A stretch of DNA of 64,000 bases, from NCBI GenBank assembly GCA_963674695.2, contig CAXXGI010000002.1, positions 160,001 to 224,000 on the forward strand, in the 5' to 3' direction. This document shows, one piece after another, positions 34,832-43,254 of the stretch (position 1 is the stretch's first letter; every line of letters starts with the position of its first letter). Position numbers and translations under genes: made by a program. This DNA is from a bacterium. GTDB lineage: Bacteria; UBA10199; 2-02-FULL-44-16; JAAZCA01. Under the pieces are notes generated by a model. The model was given only the letters and a program-made list of their open reading frames with translations, had not been told where the DNA came from and searched no databases.

Positions 34832-37312
34832 TCATTTAAAACTATCCACCACATATCCGTGTCGACAGTGGGGGTGATATGGTGGCAAGGCAATGCCCTG
34901 AGCCAAAAGGTGATCCTCGCTGATATCAGGAACCACATCCTGATCGATTTTTCCGGGAAGGAATGGATTGAGATAAGGCAAGTCTTCGGGGCTTGAAGAC
35001 ATTACATCTTTGACATGCTGGACAACGGCATCTACCTTGAATTGTTTGCCGACCATGCTTTTACACCATGAGCATGTGACGTTATCCATTGGGCCGGTGA
35101 TCTCGATAGTAGCTGCTTGGGCCTGCTCCACTGTAAATATATTCCCCCAGTTCCTTGCGCGGTTTGTCGTGGTCTCCACGACTCTCACAATCTTGTAGTC
35201 CTCTTGTGCAACTCGGTCCTGAAATCTCATAAAGAATTTATTGAGTTCGCCCGGGTCTCTTAAATTCCGGCCGGACATCATGTATTCATCGGTCAACCAC
35301 CTCTTCAGCGACCTCTGTGTTTGAGGATCGCTGAAATAGCGGCCGAAGTAGAAGTTGTCGGAATCCCTTAAAAACTCTATGGCCTTTTCATCCACCAGTT
35401 CAAACGACGTCTTAATCGGGAATTCACCGGCAAACGGTTCGGCATCCTCAAGACGAAAATGACGATATATTTTGGTCAAGTCTTTAATGATTTCGGCAAC
35501 CAATGCGCTCTCGATTAGCTCTGACCCGAATTTTTGGGTAGCTGTCTGCAGTATCCCACTGGCAAAAAGCTCGCTGTCACCTGTCGTAAAATCGAAGTTT
35601 TTAAGATAGGTTTTAACGGCGTTTAAGGCCGATTTTGATGCCCCGCCAATAATCGGATAGACCTCGGCAAAATAGAATTTCTGAAATTCCCTGACCTTTC
35701 TTTGCGCGGGTGTAAGCCCTTCAGCCTTTAATCTCTGAATAGATGCACCGCACTTGCCATAGTAGCGATGGATAACACGGTGAAGGAGAGTATCGAATAA
35801 ATTGTCCGTGGGTTCTTTTTTAGTTGAGACGTCTGAATGATGAGTAATGATTGCGCTCCTACGCTTATGAGACAGGGATTCATATCGCCCGGATTGCCTG
35901 TTGAATATAAAAGATATCCGATTTTTTGCCCCTTCATCAGAAACTGGAGGTACGGGACTGAATAGGTTTCTTGGTTCTACTTCTGCCGGAGCATCATAGC
36001 CTGCTTCCTGCGCAAATTGGTTCTGGTCGATAATGCCTTGGTCATAAAGCAGTTTCAAATTATTAAGCTTTGTGCCGTATGTGTCTTCATCTCGTTCGGA
36101 ATTGAGAGATTGTGACGGTTCAAATTCAACCCAAAAGTCATCATAGCTTAGCCCTGCAAGACGCAGGTGCAATTTACAGCCGTATTCCAAGACATTTTTT
36201 GCAATCCGTTGATAATTTGTAGTGATAGAAAGCATCTTTTCATAAACTACACTCGCATAAGTTTCTGTTGTGGAATACGTGCGGCCGTGCAGCGCCGGAT
36301 CCGCCTTGAGTCCTGAAAAAACCTGTTGTTCATTCATCTCAAAAAGATCCTTGGCGCCCCGCGCATCTCCGGTGATGGAGTGATGTTCCACGGAAAAAGA
36401 GTCCATAAAACCAACGGCAATGCCATCGCGGTAGTTATGTTTAAGGCGTTCGGCCTGTTCATCCAAAAAGGCCTGACAACGAGCGACATATTTATCTGCG
36501 GTTTCGCCCGGTACCTGTTTCGGCGCACGTACCAGAAAATTTACAAATCCAAGAAGCCCCATTTTTTTTGAGATGAAACGAAGATTCTTGATGATATCCC
36601 GTTGGATGACAATAGACTCGAGTGCGGAAAGAATGGGCGGAATTGCATAGGGGGAATTATCCAGAACCTGTAAGGGAAAGTATTGATACGTCTGCGTATT
36701 AAGCCGAATCAGACCCGAATCTCTCTCTGAAAGGTCGTTTGTCTTTTGATAGGGAATATACTGCCCTATCTCACCATCAAAGATGAATCGAATATCTTTT
36801 AATGGCACGAAGACGACCTGATCGAGACCTGTTAGCGCATCATCGACCACCCACTCGATACTCACCGCACCTCCCCGGGCTATCTGCGCCAGCGAAGAGT
36901 TGATAAAACCATCCATGCCGCCATAATGATTGAAGGCGGTTGTTACAAAACGATTGAGTTCTGTAAGGATCTCAATCTCGGCTTCTTCGGTGTTAGCCTG
37001 AACCATCACCTTATGGCCCGTATTCCCGAGATGAACGATATTGTCGACCATCTGGGCAACATCCGGATTGACAAGACTTAAACTTTGCATTGCTTCCAGA
37101 TAACCGAGGGGAAACGCCGGATTGATGGTGTTCATCTCGTTTACCAGTTCCCGCAGTAACTGACCAAAGGTTACATTGTCTGTAGAGATACGACCCACGG
37201 GAAGGGAACCCGGATCAATCTCCTCCGGCGGTTGATATGTCGCCGAATTGATCCGTGGATAGAAAGTGCGGCCATCGATGACCATTCGTTTCTTTATGAA
37301 TTGTCTTTTCAT
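34832..37312 (-). CDS. Portal protein fused to a MuF/gp7-like minor head domain
   Basis: N-terminal portal-like region (SPYAIPPILSALE, LYDQGIIDQNQFAQEAGY); C-terminal DNVTCSWC...PPYHPHCR MuF motif. Confidence 0.8.
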   Translation of the reverse strand: MKRQFIKKRMVIDGRTFYPRINSATYQPPEEIDPGSLPVGRISTDNVTFGQLLRELVNEMNTINPAFPLGYLEAMQSLSLVNPDVAQMVDNIVHLGNTGHKVMVQANTEEAEIEILTELNRFVTTAFNHYGGMDGFINSSLAQIARGGAVSIEWVVDDALTGLDQVVFVPLKDIRFIFDGEIGQYIPYQKTNDLSERDSGLIRLNTQTYQYFPLQVLDNSPYAIPPILSALESIVIQRDIIKNLRFISKKMGLLGFVNFLVRAPKQVPGETADKYVARCQAFLDEQAERLKHNYRDGIAVGFMDSFSVEHHSITGDARGAKDLFEMNEQQVFSGLKADPALHGRTYSTTETYASVVYEKMLSITTNYQRIAKNVLEYGCKLHLRLAGLSYDDFWVEFEPSQSLNSERDEDTYGTKLNNLKLLYDQGIIDQNQFAQEAGYDAPAEVEPRNLFSPVPPVSDEGAKNRISFIFNRQSGRYESLSHKRRSAIITHHSDVSTKKEPTDNLFDTLLHRVIHRYYGKCGASIQRLKAEGLTPAQRKVREFQKFYFAEVYPIIGGASKSALNAVKTYLKNFDFTTGDSELFASGILQTATQKFGSELIESALVAEIIKDLTKIYRHFRLEDAEPFAGEFPIKTSFELVDEKAIEFLRDSDNFYFGRYFSDPQTQRSLKRWLTDEYMMSGRNLRDPGELNKFFMRFQDRVAQEDYKIVRVVETTTNRARNWGNIFTVEQAQAATIEITGPMDNVTCSWCKSMVGKQFKVDAVVQHVKDVMSSSPEDLPYLNPFLPGKIDQDVVPDISEDHLLAQGIALPPYHPHCRHGYVVDSFK

Positions 37313-37390
37313 GCTGAGTAATACGTTGGAGATGAAAAGTGGATGGCGTTTTCAGATCTGAAAATGAAATATCATAATCTGAAAAGCGAA

Positions 37391-38266
37391 TTATTTGTCA
37401 GCAGATATCAACGCGGCAATCTGCGGCCGGAGGTCGTCGATAACCGTTTTAAAGGGCGGCAGGTCTGATACAAGAGGTCCGAGCCATTGCTCCCACGTCT
37501 TCTCAACATAATTGATCATGGTCTCTTGAAAAAAATCATCCGGACCTTCAAACTCAACGTTTCGCACGGCACACTTGGAGCGGAGAAAGGTGCCGAACGC
37601 AGAGAGGTTCATTTCACCTTTATAAGTTCCGAGTATGCGCCAGAGGTCATAATAATCTCTGGCCCTCGACCGTCCCCAACCCCGGTGCTCTAGTATTTCC
37701 ATATGTTGAAGAATGGCGCGGAGTTTTTCAGCTACGATCTCTTCCAAGGCATACACCTTAATTCGCACATCCAGCGGCTCGCCATATTCATGAATGACCT
37801 TTTGCTCATTGGCCGGCTTAATAATCTTTTCGTCGATGGAGGTCTCAACCATTACGCGTGTATGCAACTCCCTTTGCCATGGAAATTGTGCTCGGATAAT
37901 GAAGGCCTCTTGCCCACTGGGATGGGGTTCCTTTTCGGAATATCGTTCACACGCAATTTCAACAGGTGCGTATTCATCTAACATCTTCTTTGCCGTGCCA
38001 CATGCGGCATTGATTGCAGATTCCATCATCGTTCCGATTGGCACCCCTTCAAGGCCTGAAAAATCGAGATCCTCTGAAAAACGATAGTCGCCGAAATAGC
38101 ATTTTTTGAGCGCGGTTCCACCTTTGAAGACGAGTGTGTTCCGAAGCTCTGCCACATGAGTAATGCCGGCGAGCACCCATGAGAGGAGATAATCTCGCTC
38201 AAGTACTTCCCAAGGGATTCCCAATTTTTTACGGGCCTCTTGTAGCCTTATTCGAAGTGGTTTCAT
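37391..38266 (-). CDS. abiEii: AbiEii/AbiGii nucleotidyltransferase toxin (type IV TA)
   Basis: LERDY, FKGGTALKKCY, RFSEDLDF, EIVAEKLRA, RARDYYDLW; ATGA overlap with the antitoxin. Confidence 0.92.
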   Translation of the reverse strand: MKPLRIRLQEARKKLGIPWEVLERDYLLSWVLAGITHVAELRNTLVFKGGTALKKCYFGDYRFSEDLDFSGLEGVPIGTMMESAINAACGTAKKMLDEYAPVEIACERYSEKEPHPSGQEAFIIRAQFPWQRELHTRVMVETSIDEKIIKPANEQKVIHEYGEPLDVRIKVYALEEIVAEKLRAILQHMEILEHRGWGRSRARDYYDLWRILGTYKGEMNLSAFGTFLRSKCAVRNVEFEGPDDFFQETMINYVEKTWEQWLGPLVSDLPPFKTVIDDLRPQIAALISADK

Positions 38267-39099
38267 GGCTTCATCCTTCCCGGAAGATTCTCCTGGATCA
38301 TCCAACGTCGATTACATGGCCCCTTTCGTGGGCCTGTTGGATCAAGTGTTCGGTAACCCTTTATTTCAACCTGTAACAGAGGATCAAGTTTGGCTGAATC
38401 GATTCCTTGTTGATCGAGTATCCAACCGAGGCGCTTGGCAGTTGCCGCATCAAGCCTTAATGCATACTCAATAATACGTTCGAGATTGAGGCTGTCGCCA
38501 TGCATCCGAAAGGCATGCAGCACCTCGGCAAAATCACCGCAGTATTGCGGCATTGAGATCCCATCGATCAGTGTTCGTTCAGGATCGGTAATTGTGATGC
38601 GTGATTCCCCGATCCATACTGTTTCTGTCCCAAAGAACCGATTGTGCTTTACCTGAATGAATTGAAATGTCGTGTCGCCTACGATATAGCCGTTGCCCTT
38701 GGAAGTGGCTTGACTTCCTCTTGATCTGGGAATCTGGTTTTCAGTTGTGGTAAGGACGAAGACTCGTCTGGGTACTTGTTCTGTGAGGCCATGGTGATGA
38801 AGTGCTGACCAGTGTGAAATCGCGGCCGGATTCACGAGCGCCATGGCAATTTCAAATTCGTGGGCCGGTGTAACCCCGGGGACAGTGGATGATATGGCAT
38901 AAAGTCCATTGCGAAGCCTTACAACCCATCCTGACTTGGCAAGATGGTGGAGTGCCTGTCGGAGATATCCTTCCGACAACCCGACAGCGGAGGCCATCTC
39001 CTGAGCCCGCGCCGTTGTAAAGATACGCTCTCCTTCGCCGGCCAGCTTTCGGATTAGTTCCAAGCCACCCCCGCTATGAACTAGATGATTTTCGGACAT
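38263..39099 (-). CDS. abiEi: AbiEi antitoxin / transcriptional regulator (type IV TA)
   Basis: wHTH LHHLAKSGWVVRLRNGLY, ISHWSALHHHGLTEQVP, TDPERTLID. Confidence 0.92.
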   Translation of the reverse strand: MSENHLVHSGGGLELIRKLAGEGERIFTTARAQEMASAVGLSEGYLRQALHHLAKSGWVVRLRNGLYAISSTVPGVTPAHEFEIAMALVNPAAISHWSALHHHGLTEQVPRRVFVLTTTENQIPRSRGSQATSKGNGYIVGDTTFQFIQVKHNRFFGTETVWIGESRITITDPERTLIDGISMPQYCGDFAEVLHAFRMHGDSLNLERIIEYALRLDAATAKRLGWILDQQGIDSAKLDPLLQVEIKGYRTLDPTGPRKGPCNRRWMIQENLPGRMKP

Positions 39100-39203
39100 T
39101 GTTAGCTCCTATCGAACAATTGCCTTATTTAATCTACACCCCAATTGTTAGATATATTACGTCATTTGTTCGATAATGTCAAACAATATCCATATATAAT
39201 CTA
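39082..39203. promoter_or_regulatory. Four ~27-bp repeats in alternating orientation; probable AbiEi autoregulatory operators
   Basis: Core AACAA-N12-ATCTA at 39082-39108(-), 39110-39136(+), 39149-39175(-), 39177-39203(+). Confidence 0.65.
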
Positions 39204-39227
39204 TTGGCTGTTATTAGCCAGATAAGC

Positions 39228-39524
39228 CTAAATTTCGCCCGATATGCGATCTAGATACTCTAAAGCCACCTTTGGGTCTTCTTTAAGTGCCTTCATCAAG
39301 GTCTGTCGGGCAAGCAGAGTGGGGCGCTGTTTAAGGAGTTCTCGCCGATCTCCGAAATCGGGGTGGTTTTGAATATGATCGTGCAGCTCACGAAGTGAGA
39401 TTCCAGCATAAAAACAGGCCTCCATGTCGCTTGCACCAAATGCAAAGGCCTCCTCCAGTTTTTGAATTATCTCTTCTCCCAGTTTTTTGGGCTGATCCTC
39501 AGTCTTCTTTTTTCTCTTTGGCAT
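39228..39524 (-). CDS. Terminase small subunit-like HTH protein (98 aa)
   Basis: KLEEAFAFGASDMEACFYAGIS...HPDF...ARQTL...ALEYL; AAAGGGGAG RBS; follows the ParB-methylase. Confidence 0.55.
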   Translation of the reverse strand: MPKRKKKTEDQPKKLGEEIIQKLEEAFAFGASDMEACFYAGISLRELHDHIQNHPDFGDRRELLKQRPTLLARQTLMKALKEDPKVALEYLDRISGEI

Positions 39525-40725
39525 TGATAATCTCCCCTTTTTCACCAGTGAAAGTTTCCCATCGTTTGACGATGACATCGCAGTAGATCGGATCGAGCTC
39601 AATAAGCCGTGCCTTGCGTTTCGTCTTTTCACAGGCGATCATCGTCGATCCGGATCCACCAAACGGATCCAGAACAATCTCGTTTTCCTTTGATGAATTC
39701 ATAATGAGACGAACGATGAGTTCCACTGGCTTCTGATTCGGATGCAGAGTTCGCGTGATTTTGTTTCCCTTGTCGTCGAACCTTCCGGCAAAAGAACAGA
39801 ACGACGGAATCTCAAAGACGTTCGGATGGTTTTTGACACCGTAAAATTTCGGAGCACCTTTTACAAGGTAGAGGATGGGTTCATACTTCCAAGTGTAATG
39901 ACCAAAATTCATTGCCTGAACATCTTTGAGCCAGATCAGTGTGTTTCGATATTTCCATCCGGATTCAATCGCTGTGGTCAGAAAATCGAGGACGTTAACT
40001 TCTGCGTAACAAACGTAGGCGGGGATGTCTTTACCAACAGCTCTTAAGGCCGCCGAGTAAAAGCTCGTCAGGAACGGCCGGAAGTCTTTCATGTTGTCGT
40101 TTTGTATCGATCGACCCTGTGTATCTTCGTAGTTTACGTTGTAGGGTGGGTCGGTAAATATAATGTCCGCCTTCTCAGTACCCATGAGAAGGTCAACGTC
40201 CTTTTGATTTGTGCTGTCTCCGCAGAGCAATCTGTGCTCTCCTAATTTCCAAATATCCCCCAACTGAGTGACTGGCTCCTCTGGAGGTTCAGGCACTTCA
40301 TCGTCTTTGTCAGAGGGGAGGAGTTCTTCCCTTTGATAATCGACAATGTCTCTCAGTTCATCGTAGTCGAAACCGGTGAGCGTAATCGGAAATTCGCCGG
40401 TATCAATCTCAAGGATGACCTCTTTCAATTTGATCAGATCCCACTCGCCCTGAATCTTGTTTAGGGCAAGGTTGAGGGCTTTTTCCTTTGATGGCGAAAG
40501 ATCAACCACGACGACTTCTGTCGTGTCTTTTCCTAAATCCTGCAACACCTTAAGCCGTTGATGTCCGCCGACAACATTCTGAGATCGCTTATTCCAGACA
40601 ATGGGTTCAACGAGATCGAACTCTTCTATAGATTTTTTCAGGCGCTCAAATTGAGTATCAGAAATCTTGCGCGGATTATACTCCACCAATTTGAGTTCGC
40701 TGATCTTTTTCGTCTTGATTATCAT
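39499..40725 (-). CDS. ParB-N domain + DNA N6/N4 methyltransferase
   Basis: YNPRKI...VVGGHQRL (ParB); [23 protein letters not shown]. Confidence 0.92.
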   Translation of the reverse strand: MIIKTKKISELKLVEYNPRKISDTQFERLKKSIEEFDLVEPIVWNKRSQNVVGGHQRLKVLQDLGKDTTEVVVVDLSPSKEKALNLALNKIQGEWDLIKLKEVILEIDTGEFPITLTGFDYDELRDIVDYQREELLPSDKDDEVPEPPEEPVTQLGDIWKLGEHRLLCGDSTNQKDVDLLMGTEKADIIFTDPPYNVNYEDTQGRSIQNDNMKDFRPFLTSFYSAALRAVGKDIPAYVCYAEVNVLDFLTTAIESGWKYRNTLIWLKDVQAMNFGHYTWKYEPILYLVKGAPKFYGVKNHPNVFEIPSFCSFAGRFDDKGNKITRTLHPNQKPVELIVRLIMNSSKENEIVLDPFGGSGSTMIACEKTKRKARLIELDPIYCDVIVKRWETFTGEKGEIINAKEKKED

Positions 40726-41989
40726 TCGCGCTCCCTCTGTTAAATAATGGGGTATCTACCTCAATTCGCCTCTTTGCCATTTCTACATAATCGGGATTCA
40801 AATCGATCCCAATGAATCTTCTATTACGTTTAAGGGCGACAACTCCGGTCGTGCCGGAGCCACAAAATGGATCGAGAACCGTGCAGGGAATCGGATTGTC
40901 TGCAATGCATTTGCAGGATGGCTTGAATCCCTTGGTCTCCACATGAACTATAGGACCACGCCGCACATCCTTTGTCTCGCCGCCACCTTGAAGGTTAGGG
41001 CCATTCTTGCCTTCTGGAGGATTGCCGGATTTTCCAGAACCGCTTTCAAATGAGCGCGTCTTGTTGACGACCCGAGTCCATGGTTTTCCGCAGGCAGGAC
41101 AACAACCTTGTTCACTTGTGCCGGCCAATATGCACGGTTCGATAAGTCTTTTGGGGAATGTGGCAAAGTGTGCCTCGGGAAAGGATTCGGTTGGTATTGT
41201 CCAGATGGTTCGCTTGTTGCGCCTGTTTATTTTAAGGAGTTCACTTTTGCCCTTGTTTTTGATCCATGAGGCAGTTCCCGGCTGAATCTTCTTTACGGTT
41301 TGATCTCCCCATCTGTTGCAGGCCGCCTTTTCCTTGATGGCATCGGCATTATAGAAATATTTTTCAGACCTTGTCAGCAGGAAGAGATATTCATGTGCCT
41401 TAGTCGGCCTGTCCCGAACAGATTCAGGCATTGGATTCGGCTTTGCCCAGATGATGTCGCTTCGGAGATACCAGCCATCTTTTCTGAGGGCAAAAGCCAG
41501 TCTCCATGGAATACCGACGAGATCCTTAGGTTTCAACTGGTGGGCGAGTTTATCCCCGTTATGGTAGCAATCGCCAATATTGAGCCACAGGGTGCCATCA
41601 GTGCGAAGGACGCGCCGTATTTCGCGGAATATGGCTACCAAGTGCCCGATATACAGCTCCGGTGTTGGCTCGAGCCCCAATTCTCCCAACCATGCCCCAC
41701 AATTCGAGCAGTAACTCGTCATCGGCAACTTGCAGTTTGCGCCTATGTTCGTGGATTGCTTGCTATCGGCATCTATTACATCATCCGGCATTCTACGCCG
41801 CCTCGGCGGAGAATTGCCCCAATTATGCCGACATTTAGGATCACCGCCCCAAATCTGGGCAACGGTATCGTAAGACCTTAATCCCCAATAAGGTGGCGAT
41901 GTGATCACACAATGAACGCTTTTATCGGACATCGTCCGAAGAATTCCAAGGCAATCGCCTTGATGGATTTGGAAGGGAGGAGATGCCAC
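40676..41989 (-). CDS. DNA N4/N6 methyltransferase (phage type, Cys-containing inserts)
   Basis: [40 protein letters not shown]; GTG start with AGGAGG. Confidence 0.92.
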   Translation of the reverse strand: MASPPFQIHQGDCLGILRTMSDKSVHCVITSPPYWGLRSYDTVAQIWGGDPKCRHNWGNSPPRRRRMPDDVIDADSKQSTNIGANCKLPMTSYCSNCGAWLGELGLEPTPELYIGHLVAIFREIRRVLRTDGTLWLNIGDCYHNGDKLAHQLKPKDLVGIPWRLAFALRKDGWYLRSDIIWAKPNPMPESVRDRPTKAHEYLFLLTRSEKYFYNADAIKEKAACNRWGDQTVKKIQPGTASWIKNKGKSELLKINRRNKRTIWTIPTESFPEAHFATFPKRLIEPCILAGTSEQGCCPACGKPWTRVVNKTRSFESGSGKSGNPPEGKNGPNLQGGGETKDVRRGPIVHVETKGFKPSCKCIADNPIPCTVLDPFCGSGTTGVVALKRNRRFIGIDLNPDYVEMAKRRIEVDTPLFNRGSANDNQDEKDQRTQIGGV

Positions 41990-42057
41990 TATTGACCTCC
42001 TTTTCCATTTGTGTTTATATTGCGCGAACTTACGCGGCGAACGAATGTTTCAGAAAT

Positions 42058-42092
42058 AGGTTCGACGTCCTGACAGAGGGGCGCGCTAACCA
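42058..42092 (+). other. Degenerate tRNA(Arg)-3'-end-like sequence; probable attR
   Basis: AGGTTCGACGTCCTGACAGAGGGGCGCGCTAACCA resembles ...GGTTCGAATCC...GGGCGCGCCA; coincides with the GC shift. Confidence 0.5.
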
Positions 42093-42161
42093 AACCTTTT
42101 TTTTGCCTTCCCGGCCTCTCTCCATTACAATTCGCAGATTCCGACATGGGGAGGATTGACG

Positions 42162-42554
42162 ATGAAACAGATCCTGACGCTTCTCATCTTGACCACTATT
42201 CTCGGAGGCTTTGGTGCACGTTCTGCCCTTGCCCATGCCCCTGAATCGATCCATGCGGGGTATGATTTCCCGCGACAGGAGCTGATGGTCTCGGTGCAGC
42301 ACATCGTGACCAAGCCCGATGAGCATTTCGTCCAGAAGATCGCGGTGCGCAAGAACGGGAAGGATGTCGATGCGCGCACCTATACGTTTCAGACGAGTCG
42401 GCGCAACCAGACGACGATTCCGTTCAAGATTCCTGCTGTCGTCGGGGATACCTTTCAGATGCAAGCGATCTGCAATAAGGGGGGCGAGGTGACCGAGACG
42501 ATCACCGTGACCGAGAAGGCGATGCCGTTCGGCGATCAACCGCAGGCGCGATAA
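42162..42554 (+). CDS. Secreted small metal-binding-like protein (desulfoferrodoxin/SOR-like motif pattern)
   Basis: Signal peptide ending SALA|H; H..HF..C pattern; GGGGAGG RBS. Confidence 0.6.
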   Translation: MKQILTLLILTTILGGFGARSALAHAPESIHAGYDFPRQELMVSVQHIVTKPDEHFVQKIAVRKNGKDVDARTYTFQTSRRNQTTIPFKIPAVVGDTFQMQAICNKGGEVTETITVTEKAMPFGDQPQAR

Positions 42555-42573
42555 AGGTTGTCATCCTCATAGG

Positions 42574-42645
42574 TTGTCATCCCCGCGAAGGCGGGGATCT
42601 CGCTTTAAGAGGAAATCGAGATCCCCGCCTTCGCGGGGATGACAA
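42574..42645. repeat. REP-like palindrome
   Basis: TTGTCATCCCCGCGAAGGCGGGGATCTCG ... CGAGATCCCCGCCTTCGCGGGGATGACAA, perfect 29-bp inverted repeat; partial copies on both sides. Confidence 0.85.
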
Positions 42646-42997
42646 AAAACATGTGCGGGGATGACAAAAGCAGGATTCTTCAGCAGTCTGTTTCTGCATT
42701 TTTTTTCGACGCGTCATGTCTTTCGGCAGGGCGCGTTATTTTTTCTCCGCCCCACGAGCGACCGTTTATTCCGCGCGCCTCCCCTTCAACGCGATGCGTA
42801 AAATATGACGCAATATCAATAAGTTATCGCTTGTCCTGCCCATGGCTCCTTCGGTAAAATGGCCCTCGATTGAACGAATACGTCGAACGGCACAAGAATG
42901 ACCGACGAAGGGGGCCGCCTGCGCGCAAGGCATCCTCCGGTCGGAACCACACGTGGGCGGAACACATTTTTGCCGCCCCCATGGCAAGGAGGAGAGA

Positions 42998-43183
42998 ATG
43001 AATATGGTAACCGTTGGTGCAGTGCTGCTTCTGCTCGGTGGAATCATCAACACGATCCCTGCAGTCGGAAAAGGACTGGCCGGCATCTTCGACGGCACAC
43101 CGGTGGTTCAGATCGCACTCGGCGTTGTCTCGTTGGTGGTCGGAATCATGATGATCGTCAAGCATCGCCAGCTCGCGAGTTAG
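42998..43183 (+). CDS. Small two-TM membrane protein (61 aa)
   Basis: AAGGAGGAG RBS; two hydrophobic helices. Confidence 0.7.
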   Translation: MNMVTVGAVLLLLGGIINTIPAVGKGLAGIFDGTPVVQIALGVVSLVVGIMMIVKHRQLAS

Positions 43184-43204
43184 ATGCGAATGAATGGATA
43201 CATG

Positions 43205-43237
43205 AAAAAGCCCCGGTCCTTTTGGATCGGGGCTTTT
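43205..43237. terminator. Bidirectional rho-independent terminator
   Basis: AAAAAGCCCCGGTCC-TTTT-GGATCGGGGCTTTT between convergent genes. Confidence 0.8.
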
Positions 43238-43254
43238 GTCTGTGGCTTCTCACG

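Larger units (their letters stand above)
8072..41989 (-). mobile_element. Myovirus-type prophage / virion morphogenesis cassette
   Basis: Contiguous minus-strand portal, protease, capsid, sheath, tube, TMP, baseplate, fibre, lysis and terminase genes. Confidence 0.9.
1..42087. mobile_element. Right-hand part of an integrated genomic island/prophage (defence block + phage virion cassette); left end lies outside the window
   Basis: Visibly lower GC than DNA right of ~42,100; only defence and phage genes; tRNA-3'-end-like sequence at the compositional break; REP-like repeats absent here but frequent to the right. Confidence 0.75.

Noticed and set aside
39082-39203. Mini CRISPR array
   Set aside because: Repeats alternate in orientation with 1- and 12-bp gaps; this fits operators, not repeat-spacer units
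42020-42092. Intact tRNA gene
   Set aside because: No D-arm, anticodon arm or 5' acceptor strand can be folded; only a distorted 3' portion is present
42880-42960. c-di-GMP-I riboswitch
   Set aside because: Only loose resemblance (GGCACAA...GCGCAAGG); lacks the GAAA-tetraloop P2 and correct spacing
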